NCBI GenBank assembly: GCA_020847435.1
Contig: JADLBX010000018.1
Span: forward strand, 2,653 to 66,652
DNA: 64,000 nt
Direction: 5' to 3'
DNA from: Anaerolineales bacterium
GTDB taxonomy: Bacteria > Chloroflexota > Anaerolineae > Anaerolineales > Villigracilaceae
The position numbers and the translations under genes were made by a program. Below are positions 37,834-48,252 of this stretch, in pieces. Numbering within the stretch: position 1 is the stretch's first letter; each line of letters begins with the position of its first letter. The notes beneath the pieces are model-generated. The model did no database searches and was not told where the DNA came from. It worked only from the letters and a program-made list of their open reading frames with translations.

Positions 37834-38271
37834 ATGAACGAGACCAAACGCCCCAGCCTGCTCAAGCCGACGGCAAACACCCCGTTCCACATTGACTTCG
37901 ACTGGTGGAAAAAGAACGAACGCGATTGGCACGTCTACTTGCGGACTTTGCTGTGCGCCGAACACCGTGAAATGTATGCAGAAGTCGAAGAGGGCGAGAC
38001 CGTAGATTGGGTTGACCCGCTCACCGCCGAAGTTAAGCAAGTGGAAGGCGTTCAGAATGCGCTGATGACCCACTGTGTGCGCCAGCCCGATTTCCTCACC
38101 GAACAGACCGCGCTGGTCGAAGCGGTGTTCCGTCTGTTCCTCACGAACGGCAACGCGCCGCTGTCCTCACAGGACCTCGGCACGCGGCTCAACCGCCCAC
38201 CCCAAACCATTCTGCGGACTCTGGCGGGTCCCCGCGTTTATAAAGGCATACGTCCTTACAACGCATCCTGA
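37834..38271 (+). CDS. Hypothetical 145-aa protein with C-terminal HTH-like segment
   Basis: Starts right after the previous stop (TAAATG); CAEH...THC; VFRLFLTNGNAPLSSQDLGTRLNRPPQTILRTL. Confidence 0.8.
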   Translation: MNETKRPSLLKPTANTPFHIDFDWWKKNERDWHVYLRTLLCAEHREMYAEVEEGETVDWVDPLTAEVKQVEGVQNALMTHCVRQPDFLTEQTALVEAVFRLFLTNGNAPLSSQDLGTRLNRPPQTILRTLAGPRVYKGIRPYNAS

Positions 38272-38367
38272 TATGTGTTCGCAAGGGCGGCTGGTGCGGA
38301 GCATGGCTAACTGAGTGGGTAAAGCCACACCGTTCGTGCCGTGAGTAAGACGGCGCGAGACGGCAAA

Positions 38368-38419
38368 GCCCATAGAGATATTGAGTTTATCTCTCAAAGA
38401 ACTCTATGATCTCTGTGGC
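38368..38419. repeat. Degenerate family B hairpin
   Basis: gcccatagagatattgagtt...aactctatgatctctgtggc. Confidence 0.5.
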
Positions 38420-38509
38420 AGAAAAAGTTTTTACTCACCTTTTTCGCCACTCCTTGGCGCGCGGTTGATTTGCCTACTTTTCAATGCCGTAATACAATAG
38501 CCTTGAAAT

Positions 38510-38585
38510 GCCCCCGTAGCTCAATGGACAGAGCGACAGCCTTCTAAGCTGCAGGTTGTGGGTTCGAGTCCCGCCGGGGGCGCCA
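38510..38585 (+). tRNA. tRNA-Arg (anticodon UCU)
   Basis: GCCCCCG/CGGGGGC acceptor stem, TAGCTCAATGGACAGAGC D arm, loop CTTCTAA, GGTTCGAGTCC, encoded CCA. Confidence 0.96.
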
Positions 38586-38631
38586 GTACCGAAACCACTT
38601 GTCAAATTCCTCACCGGCAAGGAGAAAGCCA

Positions 38632-39033
38632 ATGCCCGCCATCGTCCGCAAAAACCTATCCAACCTGCTTGAAACGCGCCGCGAAATCCTGCATACCATC
38701 CGCTGGCAAGTCCGATCCGCGCTCTGGAATCCTCCGACCGATGCGTACGAGACTGACGAGAATTTCGTTGTGCGGGTGGAAATCGCCGGAATGCGCGATG
38801 AAGATTTTGAAGTGACCATCGAGAACCACGCCTTGTTCATTGCCGGAACGCGGCCAGACTTCGGCGGGCGTCGCGCCTACCACCAAATGGAAATCGCTTC
38901 GGGACGGTTTGAGATTGAAGTGGCGCTCACCGTACCGGTCGATCTCGACACCTCCGTCGCGGAATACAAAGACGGCTTCTTAACCATCAGCCTAACGAAG
39001 ACCCAGCCCAAACCACCCGAGGCTGACGTATAA
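38632..39033 (+). CDS. Hsp20/alpha-crystallin small heat shock protein
   Basis: [36 protein letters not shown]; RBS aaggag. Confidence 0.9.
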   Translation: MPAIVRKNLSNLLETRREILHTIRWQVRSALWNPPTDAYETDENFVVRVEIAGMRDEDFEVTIENHALFIAGTRPDFGGRRAYHQMEIASGRFEIEVALTVPVDLDTSVAEYKDGFLTISLTKTQPKPPEADV

Positions 39034-39034
39034 A

Positions 39035-41638
39035 ATGCCCGCTTCCCGCTGGCATTCCAGCTTCAACGAACTGTTTCAATGGGTCGGCGAAACAGACGAC
39101 GGCTTGCTCTCCATGATCATGCCCTCGTTCTTTGCGCGGGGTCCGGCGAAAGACCCCGGAAACACAGACCCAGCCCATCCGCAGGCTCCGACAGAAAATA
39201 AATACCCTCAGATCGTTCCCATCCTGCCATTGCGCGGCGTGGTGGTGTATCCGCACACTGCCGTCCCGCTCACGGTCGGCCAGCCGCGCTCGATCAAATT
39301 GGTGGATGATGTGGTCGGGGACGATAAAATTGTCGGATTGGTCGCGGCGATGAACCCCGAGCTGGAAACCCCGGGTCCCTCCGACCTTTATTCCATCGGC
39401 ACCCTCGCGACCGTTCACCGCCTCCTGCGCGCCCCCGATGGGACGATCCGCCTGCTCGTGCAAGGCATGGATCGTTTCCGCGTGGGCGAATTCGTCGAAC
39501 AGGAGCCGTATCTCAAAGCCCGCATCGAACTTGCGCCCGAGTCTGTTGAAGCCGGCTTGGAGATCGACGCGCTCGCCCGTAACGCGCGCGACCAATTCCA
39601 ACAGATCACGCAGATGATTCCCTCCTTCCCGGAGGAACTCGCCGGCTCGATCACCTCGGTCGAGGACCCGCTTCAGACCGCGTACACGATCGCCAATTTC
39701 CAGCGCATGGATTTGAAAGACGCGCAAGAAATTCTCACGATCGATTCGGTCGCCGAAAAATTGAAGAAGTTGATCGGCTTGCTCGTGCGCGAAGCCGAGG
39801 TGTTGTCGCTCGGGCAAAAGATTCAAAACGAAGCGCGCGGCGAGATCGAAAAAGTCCAGCGCGAATATTTCCTGCGCGAGCAGATGAAAGCCATTCAAAA
39901 AGAATTGGGTGAGAAGGACGAGCAAGCCGCCGAATTGGAGGAATTCCGCAAGAAGATCGAAGAGGCGCAGATGCCTGAAGAGGCGGCGAAGCAGGCGTCC
40001 CGCGAGTTGGAACGTTTGTCGCGTTTGCCCACTGCCGCCGCAGAGTACGGAGTCATCCGCACGTATCTCGATTGGCTGGTCGGCGTCCCGTGGTCGAAAT
40101 CCACCGAAGATAACTTGGAGATCGCCCACGCCAGAAAGATTTTGGATAAAGACCACTTTGGCTTGGAGGATGTGAAGGAACGCATCCTTGAATTTTTGGC
40201 GATTCGCAAATTACGGCTTGACCGCAAAGACGACGAGAAAGCGCCCTCCGACGATGAGATCCGCCGCGAGCGCGAAGGCGTGATCCTGTGTTTTGTGGGA
40301 CCGCCCGGCGTCGGCAAAACCTCGCTGGGACAGTCCATTGCGCGTGCCATGGGGCGGAAGTTCGTGCGCGCCTCGCTCGGCGGCGTGCGCGACGAAGCGG
40401 AGATCCGCGGACACCGCCGCACGTACATCGGCGCGATGCCCGGACGGATTCTGCAGTCGCTTCGCAGAATCGAATCGCGCAACCCGGTCTTCATGCTCGA
40501 TGAGATTGATAAACTAACCTATGATTTTCACGGCGACCCCGCCTCCGCGTTGCTGGAGGTGTTGGACCCGGAACAAAACAGCGAATTCCGCGATAATTAT
40601 CTCGAAGTTGCCTACGATCTTTCGCAGGTTTTTTTCATCACCACCGCCAACACGTTGGAGACGATCCCCGGTCCCTTGCGCGACCGCATGGAGATCATCT
40701 TTCTTTCGGGTTACACCGAAAATGAAAAAGTTGCCATTGCCAAGGGTTATTTGATCCCGCGCCAGATGCGCGAGAACAGCCTGCGCGAAAAAGAAGCGAC
40801 GTTTACCGACGAGGCGTTGCAGCTGATCATCCGTGAATACACGCGCGAGTCGGGGGTACGCAACCTCGAGCGGAAGATCGGCGCGGTCTGCCGCAAGATC
40901 GGCACGCGCATCGCAGAGGGCAAACTCAAAAAAGTTAAGATCGTCCCTGAGCTGGTCGAGGAATATCTCGACCATCCGATCTTCCACACGAACGACGAAC
41001 TCACCCGCCGGATTTCGATCCCCGGCGTGGTGCCCGGGCTGGCGTGGACGCCGTATGGCGGCGACGTGCTGTTCGTCGAAGCGACGAGTATGCCAGGCGG
41101 TAAAGGTTTTCAAGTTACCGGCTCGATCGGAAATGTAATGAACGAATCGGCGCGCGCCGCCTTATCCTTTGTGCGTTCGCGCGCGCCTCATTTGGGGCTC
41201 GATGACCAGTTCTTCGACCGGCACGACATTCACATGCACATTCCCTCCGGCGCCCAGCCGAAGGATGGCCCCTCCGCCGGTGTGACGATGGCGACCGCGC
41301 TCGTCTCGCTCGTTTCGGGGCGCAAGGTCAAACCGCATGTAGGCATGACCGGCGAGATCACGTTGCGCGGACAGGTACTGCCCATCGGCGGCGTCAAAGA
41401 AAAAGTGCTTGCCGCGCACCGCAACGGCTTGCAAACCGTCATCCTGCCCAAGCAAAACGACCAGGACCTTGACGACATTCCGGACGAGGTCAAGGATTCG
41501 ATGAAATTTGTTTTTGCAGACACGGTGGACGACGTACTTGCCTCTGCATTGGAAACCGCCAAAGCCGCAAAAGGCTCTAAAAATCACAAGACCGGAAAAG
41601 TAAAACGAAATGGCAAAGATACTTCTCGCCGAAGATGA
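39035..41638 (+). CDS. lon: ATP-dependent Lon protease
   Basis: [40 protein letters not shown]. Confidence 0.98.
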   Translation: MPASRWHSSFNELFQWVGETDDGLLSMIMPSFFARGPAKDPGNTDPAHPQAPTENKYPQIVPILPLRGVVVYPHTAVPLTVGQPRSIKLVDDVVGDDKIVGLVAAMNPELETPGPSDLYSIGTLATVHRLLRAPDGTIRLLVQGMDRFRVGEFVEQEPYLKARIELAPESVEAGLEIDALARNARDQFQQITQMIPSFPEELAGSITSVEDPLQTAYTIANFQRMDLKDAQEILTIDSVAEKLKKLIGLLVREAEVLSLGQKIQNEARGEIEKVQREYFLREQMKAIQKELGEKDEQAAELEEFRKKIEEAQMPEEAAKQASRELERLSRLPTAAAEYGVIRTYLDWLVGVPWSKSTEDNLEIAHARKILDKDHFGLEDVKERILEFLAIRKLRLDRKDDEKAPSDDEIRREREGVILCFVGPPGVGKTSLGQSIARAMGRKFVRASLGGVRDEAEIRGHRRTYIGAMPGRILQSLRRIESRNPVFMLDEIDKLTYDFHGDPASALLEVLDPEQNSEFRDNYLEVAYDLSQVFFITTANTLETIPGPLRDRMEIIFLSGYTENEKVAIAKGYLIPRQMRENSLREKEATFTDEALQLIIREYTRESGVRNLERKIGAVCRKIGTRIAEGKLKKVKIVPELVEEYLDHPIFHTNDELTRRISIPGVVPGLAWTPYGGDVLFVEATSMPGGKGFQVTGSIGNVMNESARAALSFVRSRAPHLGLDDQFFDRHDIHMHIPSGAQPKDGPSAGVTMATALVSLVSGRKVKPHVGMTGEITLRGQVLPIGGVKEKVLAAHRNGLQTVILPKQNDQDLDDIPDEVKDSMKFVFADTVDDVLASALETAKAAKGSKNHKTGKVKRNGKDTSRRR

Positions 41639-41963
41639 CCACACCATGATCACCCTGCTTCAAACCCTGCTGAACATGGAGGGTTTTGAAGTCGCGGTCG
41701 CAGACGTGGACGCGGATATCCCCGCGCTGGTCTTGCGCGAACAACCAGACGCGATGTTCATGGACGTGCATCTCGGTCAACACAGCGGCATGGAAGTGGT
41801 TGAATCAATTCGAAACGACCCGCAACTCGCCGACCTGCGCATCATCATGACCTCCGGGTTGAATGTGCGCGAGGAATGCCTCCGCCGCGGCGCGAATGAT
41901 TTCCTCCTCAAACCGTTCATGCCCGACGACCTGCTTGCCCTGCTTCGGAAAAATAACCCATGA
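41610..41963 (+). CDS. Single-domain response regulator
   Basis: LAEDD, FMDVHL, MTSG, LLKPF. Confidence 0.88.
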   Translation: MAKILLAEDDHTMITLLQTLLNMEGFEVAVADVDADIPALVLREQPDAMFMDVHLGQHSGMEVVESIRNDPQLADLRIIMTSGLNVREECLRRGANDFLLKPFMPDDLLALLRKNNP

Positions 41964-42454
41964 CGATTCGCGTGGGGCTCCTGACGCTGTCCGATCGTTC
42001 GGCGCGCGGCGAGCGGGAGGATGTGTCGGGGCCCGCGTTGGCGCGTCGAATCGAAGGGGAGGGCTGGCTCGCCGTTAGACAGTTAATCCTCCCCGACGAC
42101 GAATCCGCCATCCGCGCGGCGCTAACTCAATGGGCGGACGCGGGCGACCTCGACCTCATCCTCACCACCGGTGGGAGCGGCTTCGCCCCCCGCGACGTGA
42201 CCCCCGAAGCCACGCGCGCCGTCATTGAAAAGGAAGCGCCCGGTCTCGCGGAGGCGATGCGCGCCGCGAGTTTGAAGATTACCTCGCATGCCATGTTATC
42301 GCGGAGCATAGCGGGCATCCGCAAGCGGACGCTCATCATCAATCTGCCGGGCAATCCCAAAGGCGCAGTGGAAAATTTGGAAGCCGTTTTACCGGCGCTT
42401 GGGCATGCAGTGCAATTATTGCGCGGCGACCCTGAATCCGAAAAAAATCACTGA
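41960..42454 (+). CDS. mog: MogA/MoaB molybdopterin adenylyltransferase
   Basis: TLSDR, TTGGSGFAPRDVTPEAT, SR, NLPGNPK. Confidence 0.93.
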   Translation: MTIRVGLLTLSDRSARGEREDVSGPALARRIEGEGWLAVRQLILPDDESAIRAALTQWADAGDLDLILTTGGSGFAPRDVTPEATRAVIEKEAPGLAEAMRAASLKITSHAMLSRSIAGIRKRTLIINLPGNPKGAVENLEAVLPALGHAVQLLRGDPESEKNH

Positions 42455-42528
42455 ACGCCCGCTCATTTTTCTTGTAGTATAATCCCGCCGCTTCAAGCGA
42501 AATTTATCAAGTAAAGGAAAGCGCACGC

Positions 42529-43086
42529 ATGATTGACGTCAACGAATTACGAAAAGGGGTCACGTTCGAACTGGATGGCAACCTCTACAAAGTATTGGAT
42601 TACAGCCACAACAAAACCGGGCGCGGCAACGCCAACATCCGCATCAAAGCCCGCAATTTGCAGACCGGCGCCAACATAGAGCGCACGTTCAACTCCGGCT
42701 TGTCGGTGCAGGATGTGAGGCTTGATTTTCACAACGTCTCGTACCTGTACAACGACGGCGATTTCTATCACTTCATGGATAACGTCACCTTTGAACAGCC
42801 CGCCATCAAAGCCGAAATGCTCGGCGAGACCGCGCTCTATCTCAAAGAAGGCATGGAAGTCAAACTGACCTTTTACAACGACGCGCCGCTCGATGTGGAA
42901 TTCCCCTCCACCGTTGACCTCAAAGTGGTCGAGGCAGAGACCGCCATCCGCGGCGACACCGCCACCGGCGTGACGAAAAAGGTCGTTACTGAAACCGGCT
43001 TGGAAGTGCAATGCCCGCAGTTCGTGAAGGTGGGCGATGTAATCCGCATTAACACCGAAACAGGCGAATATTCCACCCGCGTGTGA
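42529..43086 (+). CDS. efp: Elongation factor P
   Basis: HNKTGRG loop, YLYNDG, FMD..TFEQ, RGDTATG, TETG, INTETGEY. Confidence 0.97.
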   Translation: MIDVNELRKGVTFELDGNLYKVLDYSHNKTGRGNANIRIKARNLQTGANIERTFNSGLSVQDVRLDFHNVSYLYNDGDFYHFMDNVTFEQPAIKAEMLGETALYLKEGMEVKLTFYNDAPLDVEFPSTVDLKVVEAETAIRGDTATGVTKKVVTETGLEVQCPQFVKVGDVIRINTETGEYSTRV

Positions 43087-43258
43087 TCGAGCATCAAGGC
43101 GGCCGCGCTTTTGTAGTAACCGCCGCCTTGTTTCCATTCGGGGTCGTTTTGAAAAGCACGAATTCACCACAGATGAACACGGAGGAACCGTGGTTGAGGG
43201 GTAATGAATCCACCTGCCCGCTCATCGCTTATTTAGACAGCCAGCCTACAATTCCCTT

Positions 43259-43588
43259 ATGAAAACCCCCTACGGCGCTGAATGCCCCCATTTCTACGCG
43301 GATTACTTCCGCGGCCGCAACATGGAAGAATGCCGCCTGCTCAAAGCCGATGGGCAGGCATGGACGCGCGACCTGTGCAAATTTTGCCCGGTGCCCGAAA
43401 TCTCCCGCGCCAACGCCTGCGAACACATGCGCCTGAGCGCGAAAGTGGCGCGTCCTTTCTCGGCGGCGTTCATGCGCCGCGTGCAAGTCTCCGCGTATTG
43501 CGAAAAAGCGAAGAAAAAAGTTTCCGAGCCGCAAGTGGGGTGCGGCGAATGTCATGCCTTGCCGTTCAAATTTGAAGTTAAATCCTAA
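43259..43588 (+). CDS. Cys-rich hypothetical protein
   Basis: 109 aa with 8 Cys including CKFC and CGECH. Confidence 0.7.
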   Translation: MKTPYGAECPHFYADYFRGRNMEECRLLKADGQAWTRDLCKFCPVPEISRANACEHMRLSAKVARPFSAAFMRRVQVSAYCEKAKKKVSEPQVGCGECHALPFKFEVKS

Positions 43589-43606
43589 CGTATCTAATTC
43601 CCAACC

Positions 43607-44809
43607 ATGCCGCTTACATTATTACTCGATCTTGACGATACCCTGCTCGATACCAATTTACCCGCGTTCATGCCCGCCTACTTCCAGGCGTTGGCAGACC
43701 ATGTGTGTGGGCATGTGCCCTCCGAGAAATTCCTGCGCGCCTTGATCGGCGGCGTGAGTCGCATGAACGAGAACGCAGACCCGCGCAAAAGTTTGCAGGA
43801 AGTCTTCGAAGATTATTTTTATCCCAAACTGGGCTTGCCAAAAGACGAATTGCAGGCAGTCCTCGACGATTTCTATGACCGCGAGTTTCCGCGCCTTGCC
43901 GCGCACACAAGCCGCGTGCCCGGCGCGATCGAACTTGTGGATTGGGCGGCATCAGTAGGTATTCGCATCGCCATTGCCACCGATCCCTTGTTTCCCGCCA
44001 CAGGCACACAGCATCGCCTGCGTTGGGCGGGGTTTGATCCCGAGCAATTCGAATTGGTCTCCTCGTTTGAAGACTTTCATTTCACCAAATCTCACCCCGC
44101 GTATTACGCGGAGGTATTAGCCACCCTCGGCTGGCAGGATCGCCCCGTGTTGATGGCGGGGAACGATGTCCAGCGCGATATTCTTCCCGCTCAGCGTTTG
44201 GGCTTGAAAACATTTTTAGTAGGAAGTGAAACCGCTTCGCCTCCCGACGGGACGGCTGGCTCCGGCTCGTTGGCGGATCTACGCCGCTGGCTTGAGTCCG
44301 CTGACCCGTCCGCGTTGGAACCGGACTTCAAAACCCGCGACGGCGCGTTGGCGATTCTGTCCTCCACGCCGGCGGTCCTCCCGAAATTTTTATCCGCGTT
44401 GACCTCGGACGATTGCCGCTTCGAACCGACGCGCGACGATTGGGCGATGAACGAGATCGCCTGTCACCTGCGCGACACGGAGCGCGAAGTGCACGCCTTG
44501 CAAATTGATGCGATGTTGCAGAAGGACGATGCCTTCATCCCGCGTCCCGATACCGCCGTGTGGGCAAGTGAACGGAATTATCTGGACGAAGATGTGTTTG
44601 CCGCAGTGGATGAGTTTAGCGCGGCGCGGGTTGCCTTGCTGAACCGGATCAAGGATTTGCCGGCTGAAATTTGGAACCGCAGGGTGCGTCACGCGATTTT
44701 CGGGCCGTCGAATTTCACCGAGGTGGTGGGCTTTGCGGCAGACCACGACCGCCTGCACTTGCAACAGGTTTCAAACACCGTGCAATCGCTGGCCGCCAGG
44801 CGTGTCTAA
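43607..44809 (+). CDS. HAD-family hydrolase fused to a DinB-like domain
   Basis: LDLDDTL, IAT, K, MAGNDVQRDI; C-terminal WAMNEIACHLRDTE...DHDRLHLQQ. Confidence 0.85.
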   Translation: MPLTLLLDLDDTLLDTNLPAFMPAYFQALADHVCGHVPSEKFLRALIGGVSRMNENADPRKSLQEVFEDYFYPKLGLPKDELQAVLDDFYDREFPRLAAHTSRVPGAIELVDWAASVGIRIAIATDPLFPATGTQHRLRWAGFDPEQFELVSSFEDFHFTKSHPAYYAEVLATLGWQDRPVLMAGNDVQRDILPAQRLGLKTFLVGSETASPPDGTAGSGSLADLRRWLESADPSALEPDFKTRDGALAILSSTPAVLPKFLSALTSDDCRFEPTRDDWAMNEIACHLRDTEREVHALQIDAMLQKDDAFIPRPDTAVWASERNYLDEDVFAAVDEFSAARVALLNRIKDLPAEIWNRRVRHAIFGPSNFTEVVGFAADHDRLHLQQVSNTVQSLAARRV

Positions 44810-44887
44810 TCTGCGCGCGGCGTGTTATAACCCCAAGCATCGCGGTTGTGCCCGTTGCGCGAGTAACTTCTGAAGGAGTTCGATTCG

Positions 44888-46129
44888 ATGAGGAAAAGAG
44901 TTGTTGTCACGGGGCTGGGGTGCATCAGCCCGGTGGGGAACACCGTAAACGAGACCTGGTCGGCTTTGCTGGCGGGGAAGTCTGGCGCGGGTCCGATCAC
45001 GCATTTCGACGCGAGCAAACACAAGACGCGTTTTGCGGCTGAGGTCAAAGGCTTCGACCCGGTGGCGCGCTTCGGCGCGCGCGAGGCGCGTAAGATGGAT
45101 CGCTTTACGCAGTTCGCCATGGCCGCGACCATGGAAGCGCTGGAGCAGGCGGGTTTGAAAATTGACGAGTCGAACCGCGACCGCATCGGCGTGGTGATCG
45201 GCACCGGCATCGGCGGCATTGGCACGATCATGGAACAGGCAGCGGTGATACAGGCGCGCGGCGTCGACCGCGTCAGCCCGTTCCTCATCCCGATGATGAT
45301 CTCGGACAGCGCGGCGGGGATGCTTGCCATCCGCTTCGGCGCGCGCGGACCGAATATGTCCATCGCGACCGCTTGCGCGACGGGAAGCAACGCCATTGGC
45401 GAAGCCGCCGAAATGATCCGCCGCGGCGCGGCAGACGCGATGATCGCCGGCGGCGCGGAAGGCGCGCTGGTGCCCATCACCATAGCGGGCATGAATGTGA
45501 TCGGCGCGCTCTCGACGCGCAATGACGATCCGGAGCGCGCCTCGCGTCCGTTCGATAAGGACCGCGACGGCTTTTTGATGGGGGAGGGCGCGGGCGTGTT
45601 GGTACTCGAGGCGCTGGAGACGGCGCGCGCACGCGGCGCGGCGATCCTCGCTGAAATTAAAGGCTATGGGACGTCGGACGACGCGTATCACGTTTCGGCC
45701 CCTGCAGAGAACGGCGCCGGTGCGGCGATCTCGATGAAACTCGCGCTCGAAGACGCGGGGCTGGGCGTCAACGATATTCAATACATCAACGCGCACGGCA
45801 CGTCTACGTACTTGAACGACAAAAGCGAAACCGCCGCGATCAAAACCGTTTTCGGCGAAACGGCTTATTCGATCCCGGTCTCTTCCACAAAATCCATGAC
45901 CGGGCATCTGCTCGGCGCTTCCGGCGCGGTGGAGGCGATCTTTTCCGTCCTCGCCATCCGCACGGGCATGATCCCGCCCACGATCAATTATCAAACTCCC
46001 GACCCGGAGTGCGATCTGGATTATGTGCCGAACCAGCCGCGCGCCGCGACGCTCCAGCACGTCATGTCGAACTCGTTCGGCTTTGGCGGTCATAACGCCA
46101 CTTTGGTGATCGGAAATTCTTTGAAATAA
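44888..46129 (+). CDS. fabF: 3-oxoacyl-ACP synthase II
   Basis: RVVVTGLG, TACATG, NAHGTST, KSMTGHLLGASG, SNSFGFGGHN. Confidence 0.97.
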   Translation: MRKRVVVTGLGCISPVGNTVNETWSALLAGKSGAGPITHFDASKHKTRFAAEVKGFDPVARFGAREARKMDRFTQFAMAATMEALEQAGLKIDESNRDRIGVVIGTGIGGIGTIMEQAAVIQARGVDRVSPFLIPMMISDSAAGMLAIRFGARGPNMSIATACATGSNAIGEAAEMIRRGAADAMIAGGAEGALVPITIAGMNVIGALSTRNDDPERASRPFDKDRDGFLMGEGAGVLVLEALETARARGAAILAEIKGYGTSDDAYHVSAPAENGAGAAISMKLALEDAGLGVNDIQYINAHGTSTYLNDKSETAAIKTVFGETAYSIPVSSTKSMTGHLLGASGAVEAIFSVLAIRTGMIPPTINYQTPDPECDLDYVPNQPRAATLQHVMSNSFGFGGHNATLVIGNSLK

Positions 46130-46200
46130 TCGCAATCTCTCCGCCGTGTTTGCGAACGCATATGCGAGCGCGGCGTGCTTTATTTAGCCCAGGAGTTCAA

Positions 46201-47304
<1,104 letters not shown>

Positions 47305-47361
47305 TCCCGAATTAATCGTGACTGTGGTACGATAATGCCGAGATTAATAAAGGAGTATCAC

Positions 47362-47553
47362 ATGCTTGGATTACCTCGTGGCGCGGAATGGATTATCATC
47401 CTGTTGATTGTGGTCCTGCTCTTTGGTCCCGGCCGCATCGGCAAAATTGCGGGCGAACTCGGAAAAGGCATCCGTTCGTTCCGGGATGGGTTGAGCGAAG
47501 GCAAACAGGACGAAGAGTCAACCGACTCAGCCGGTAACATCGAACCGAAATAG
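47362..47553 (+). CDS. tatA: Twin-arginine translocase TatA/E
   Basis: EWIIILLIVVLLFGPGRI...LGKGIRSFR; RBS aaggag. Confidence 0.93.
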   Translation: MLGLPRGAEWIIILLIVVLLFGPGRIGKIAGELGKGIRSFRDGLSEGKQDEESTDSAGNIEPK

Positions 47554-47585
47554 AAAAAGGCTCTCGCAAGAGAGCCTTTTTCTTT
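47554..47585. terminator. Bidirectional terminator between tatA and mgtC
   Basis: aaaaaggctctc-gcaa-gagagccttttt. Confidence 0.85.
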
Positions 47586-47601
47586 GGCGTATTGCGCGCG
47601 T

Positions 47602-48243
47602 TCAATAATTCAGTTCGATCACTTCCTTCTCTTTCACCATCGCTTCGACGAATTGATCGTGATTCTCCGGCGCGCCGACGACGCGCCACGTTCCTGTGAT
47701 GGATTTTTCAGTCTTGCTTTGGTGGCGTTCGAACACCGTCAACGAATGCGCTTTGAGTGCGCGATTGACAGTCTCAAAACCTTTCGGCTTCCCTGCAGAA
47801 AGCACGATTTTATACGTACGCGACTCGCGGATGCGGTCAATGCGTTTCTCGATTTGCGGGAACACCAACAGTACAATCAAAGTAACAAGTGTCGCGGCGG
47901 AAACAAAGACCAACTCGCCCGCGCCGATGCCCATGCCCAAGGCGGCGGAAAGCCAGATCGTTGCGGCGGTGGTCAGCCCGCCGATCTTGCCTTGCTCGCG
48001 GATGATCGCGCCCGCGCCGAGAAAGCCGATGCCCGTCACGATGTTTGCCGCGATGCGCGTTTGCGTAAAACCCGGGTCCAGCGTTAATGAAAAGATGGTG
48101 AACAGCGTCGAGCCGACGGTGATCAATATGATCGTGCGGAAGCCCGCGGCTTTATCCTGATATTCGCGTTCCGCGCCGATTACGCCGCCGACGAGAACTG
48201 CCATGCCAAGTTTGATGAGGTTTTCGGAAAGTATCGGATCCAT
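47602..48243 (-). CDS. MgtC/SapB family protein
   Basis: IGAERE..KAAGFRT, RIAANIVTGIGFLGAG, GLTTAATIW. Confidence 0.93.
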   Translation of the reverse strand: MDPILSENLIKLGMAVLVGGVIGAEREYQDKAAGFRTIILITVGSTLFTIFSLTLDPGFTQTRIAANIVTGIGFLGAGAIIREQGKIGGLTTAATIWLSAALGMGIGAGELVFVSAATLVTLIVLLVFPQIEKRIDRIRESRTYKIVLSAGKPKGFETVNRALKAHSLTVFERHQSKTEKSITGTWRVVGAPENHDQFVEAMVKEKEVIELNY

Positions 48244-48252
48244 GCGCCAATT

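Noticed and set aside
38510-38585. tRNA-Arg as an integration site for an island
   Set aside because: No integrase, no duplicated tRNA 3' end seen, and the flanks are core genes.
43538-43560. CxxCH as a c-type cytochrome motif
   Set aside because: No export signal, and the many other Cys suggest cytoplasmic metal binding.
44825-46135. 436-aa ORF antisense to fabF (also long antisense ORFs over hpf/folE, tadC, tal, lon and tkt)
   Set aside because: Shadow ORFs from GC-biased codon usage on the opposite strand; they have no motifs, while the sense genes are clear.
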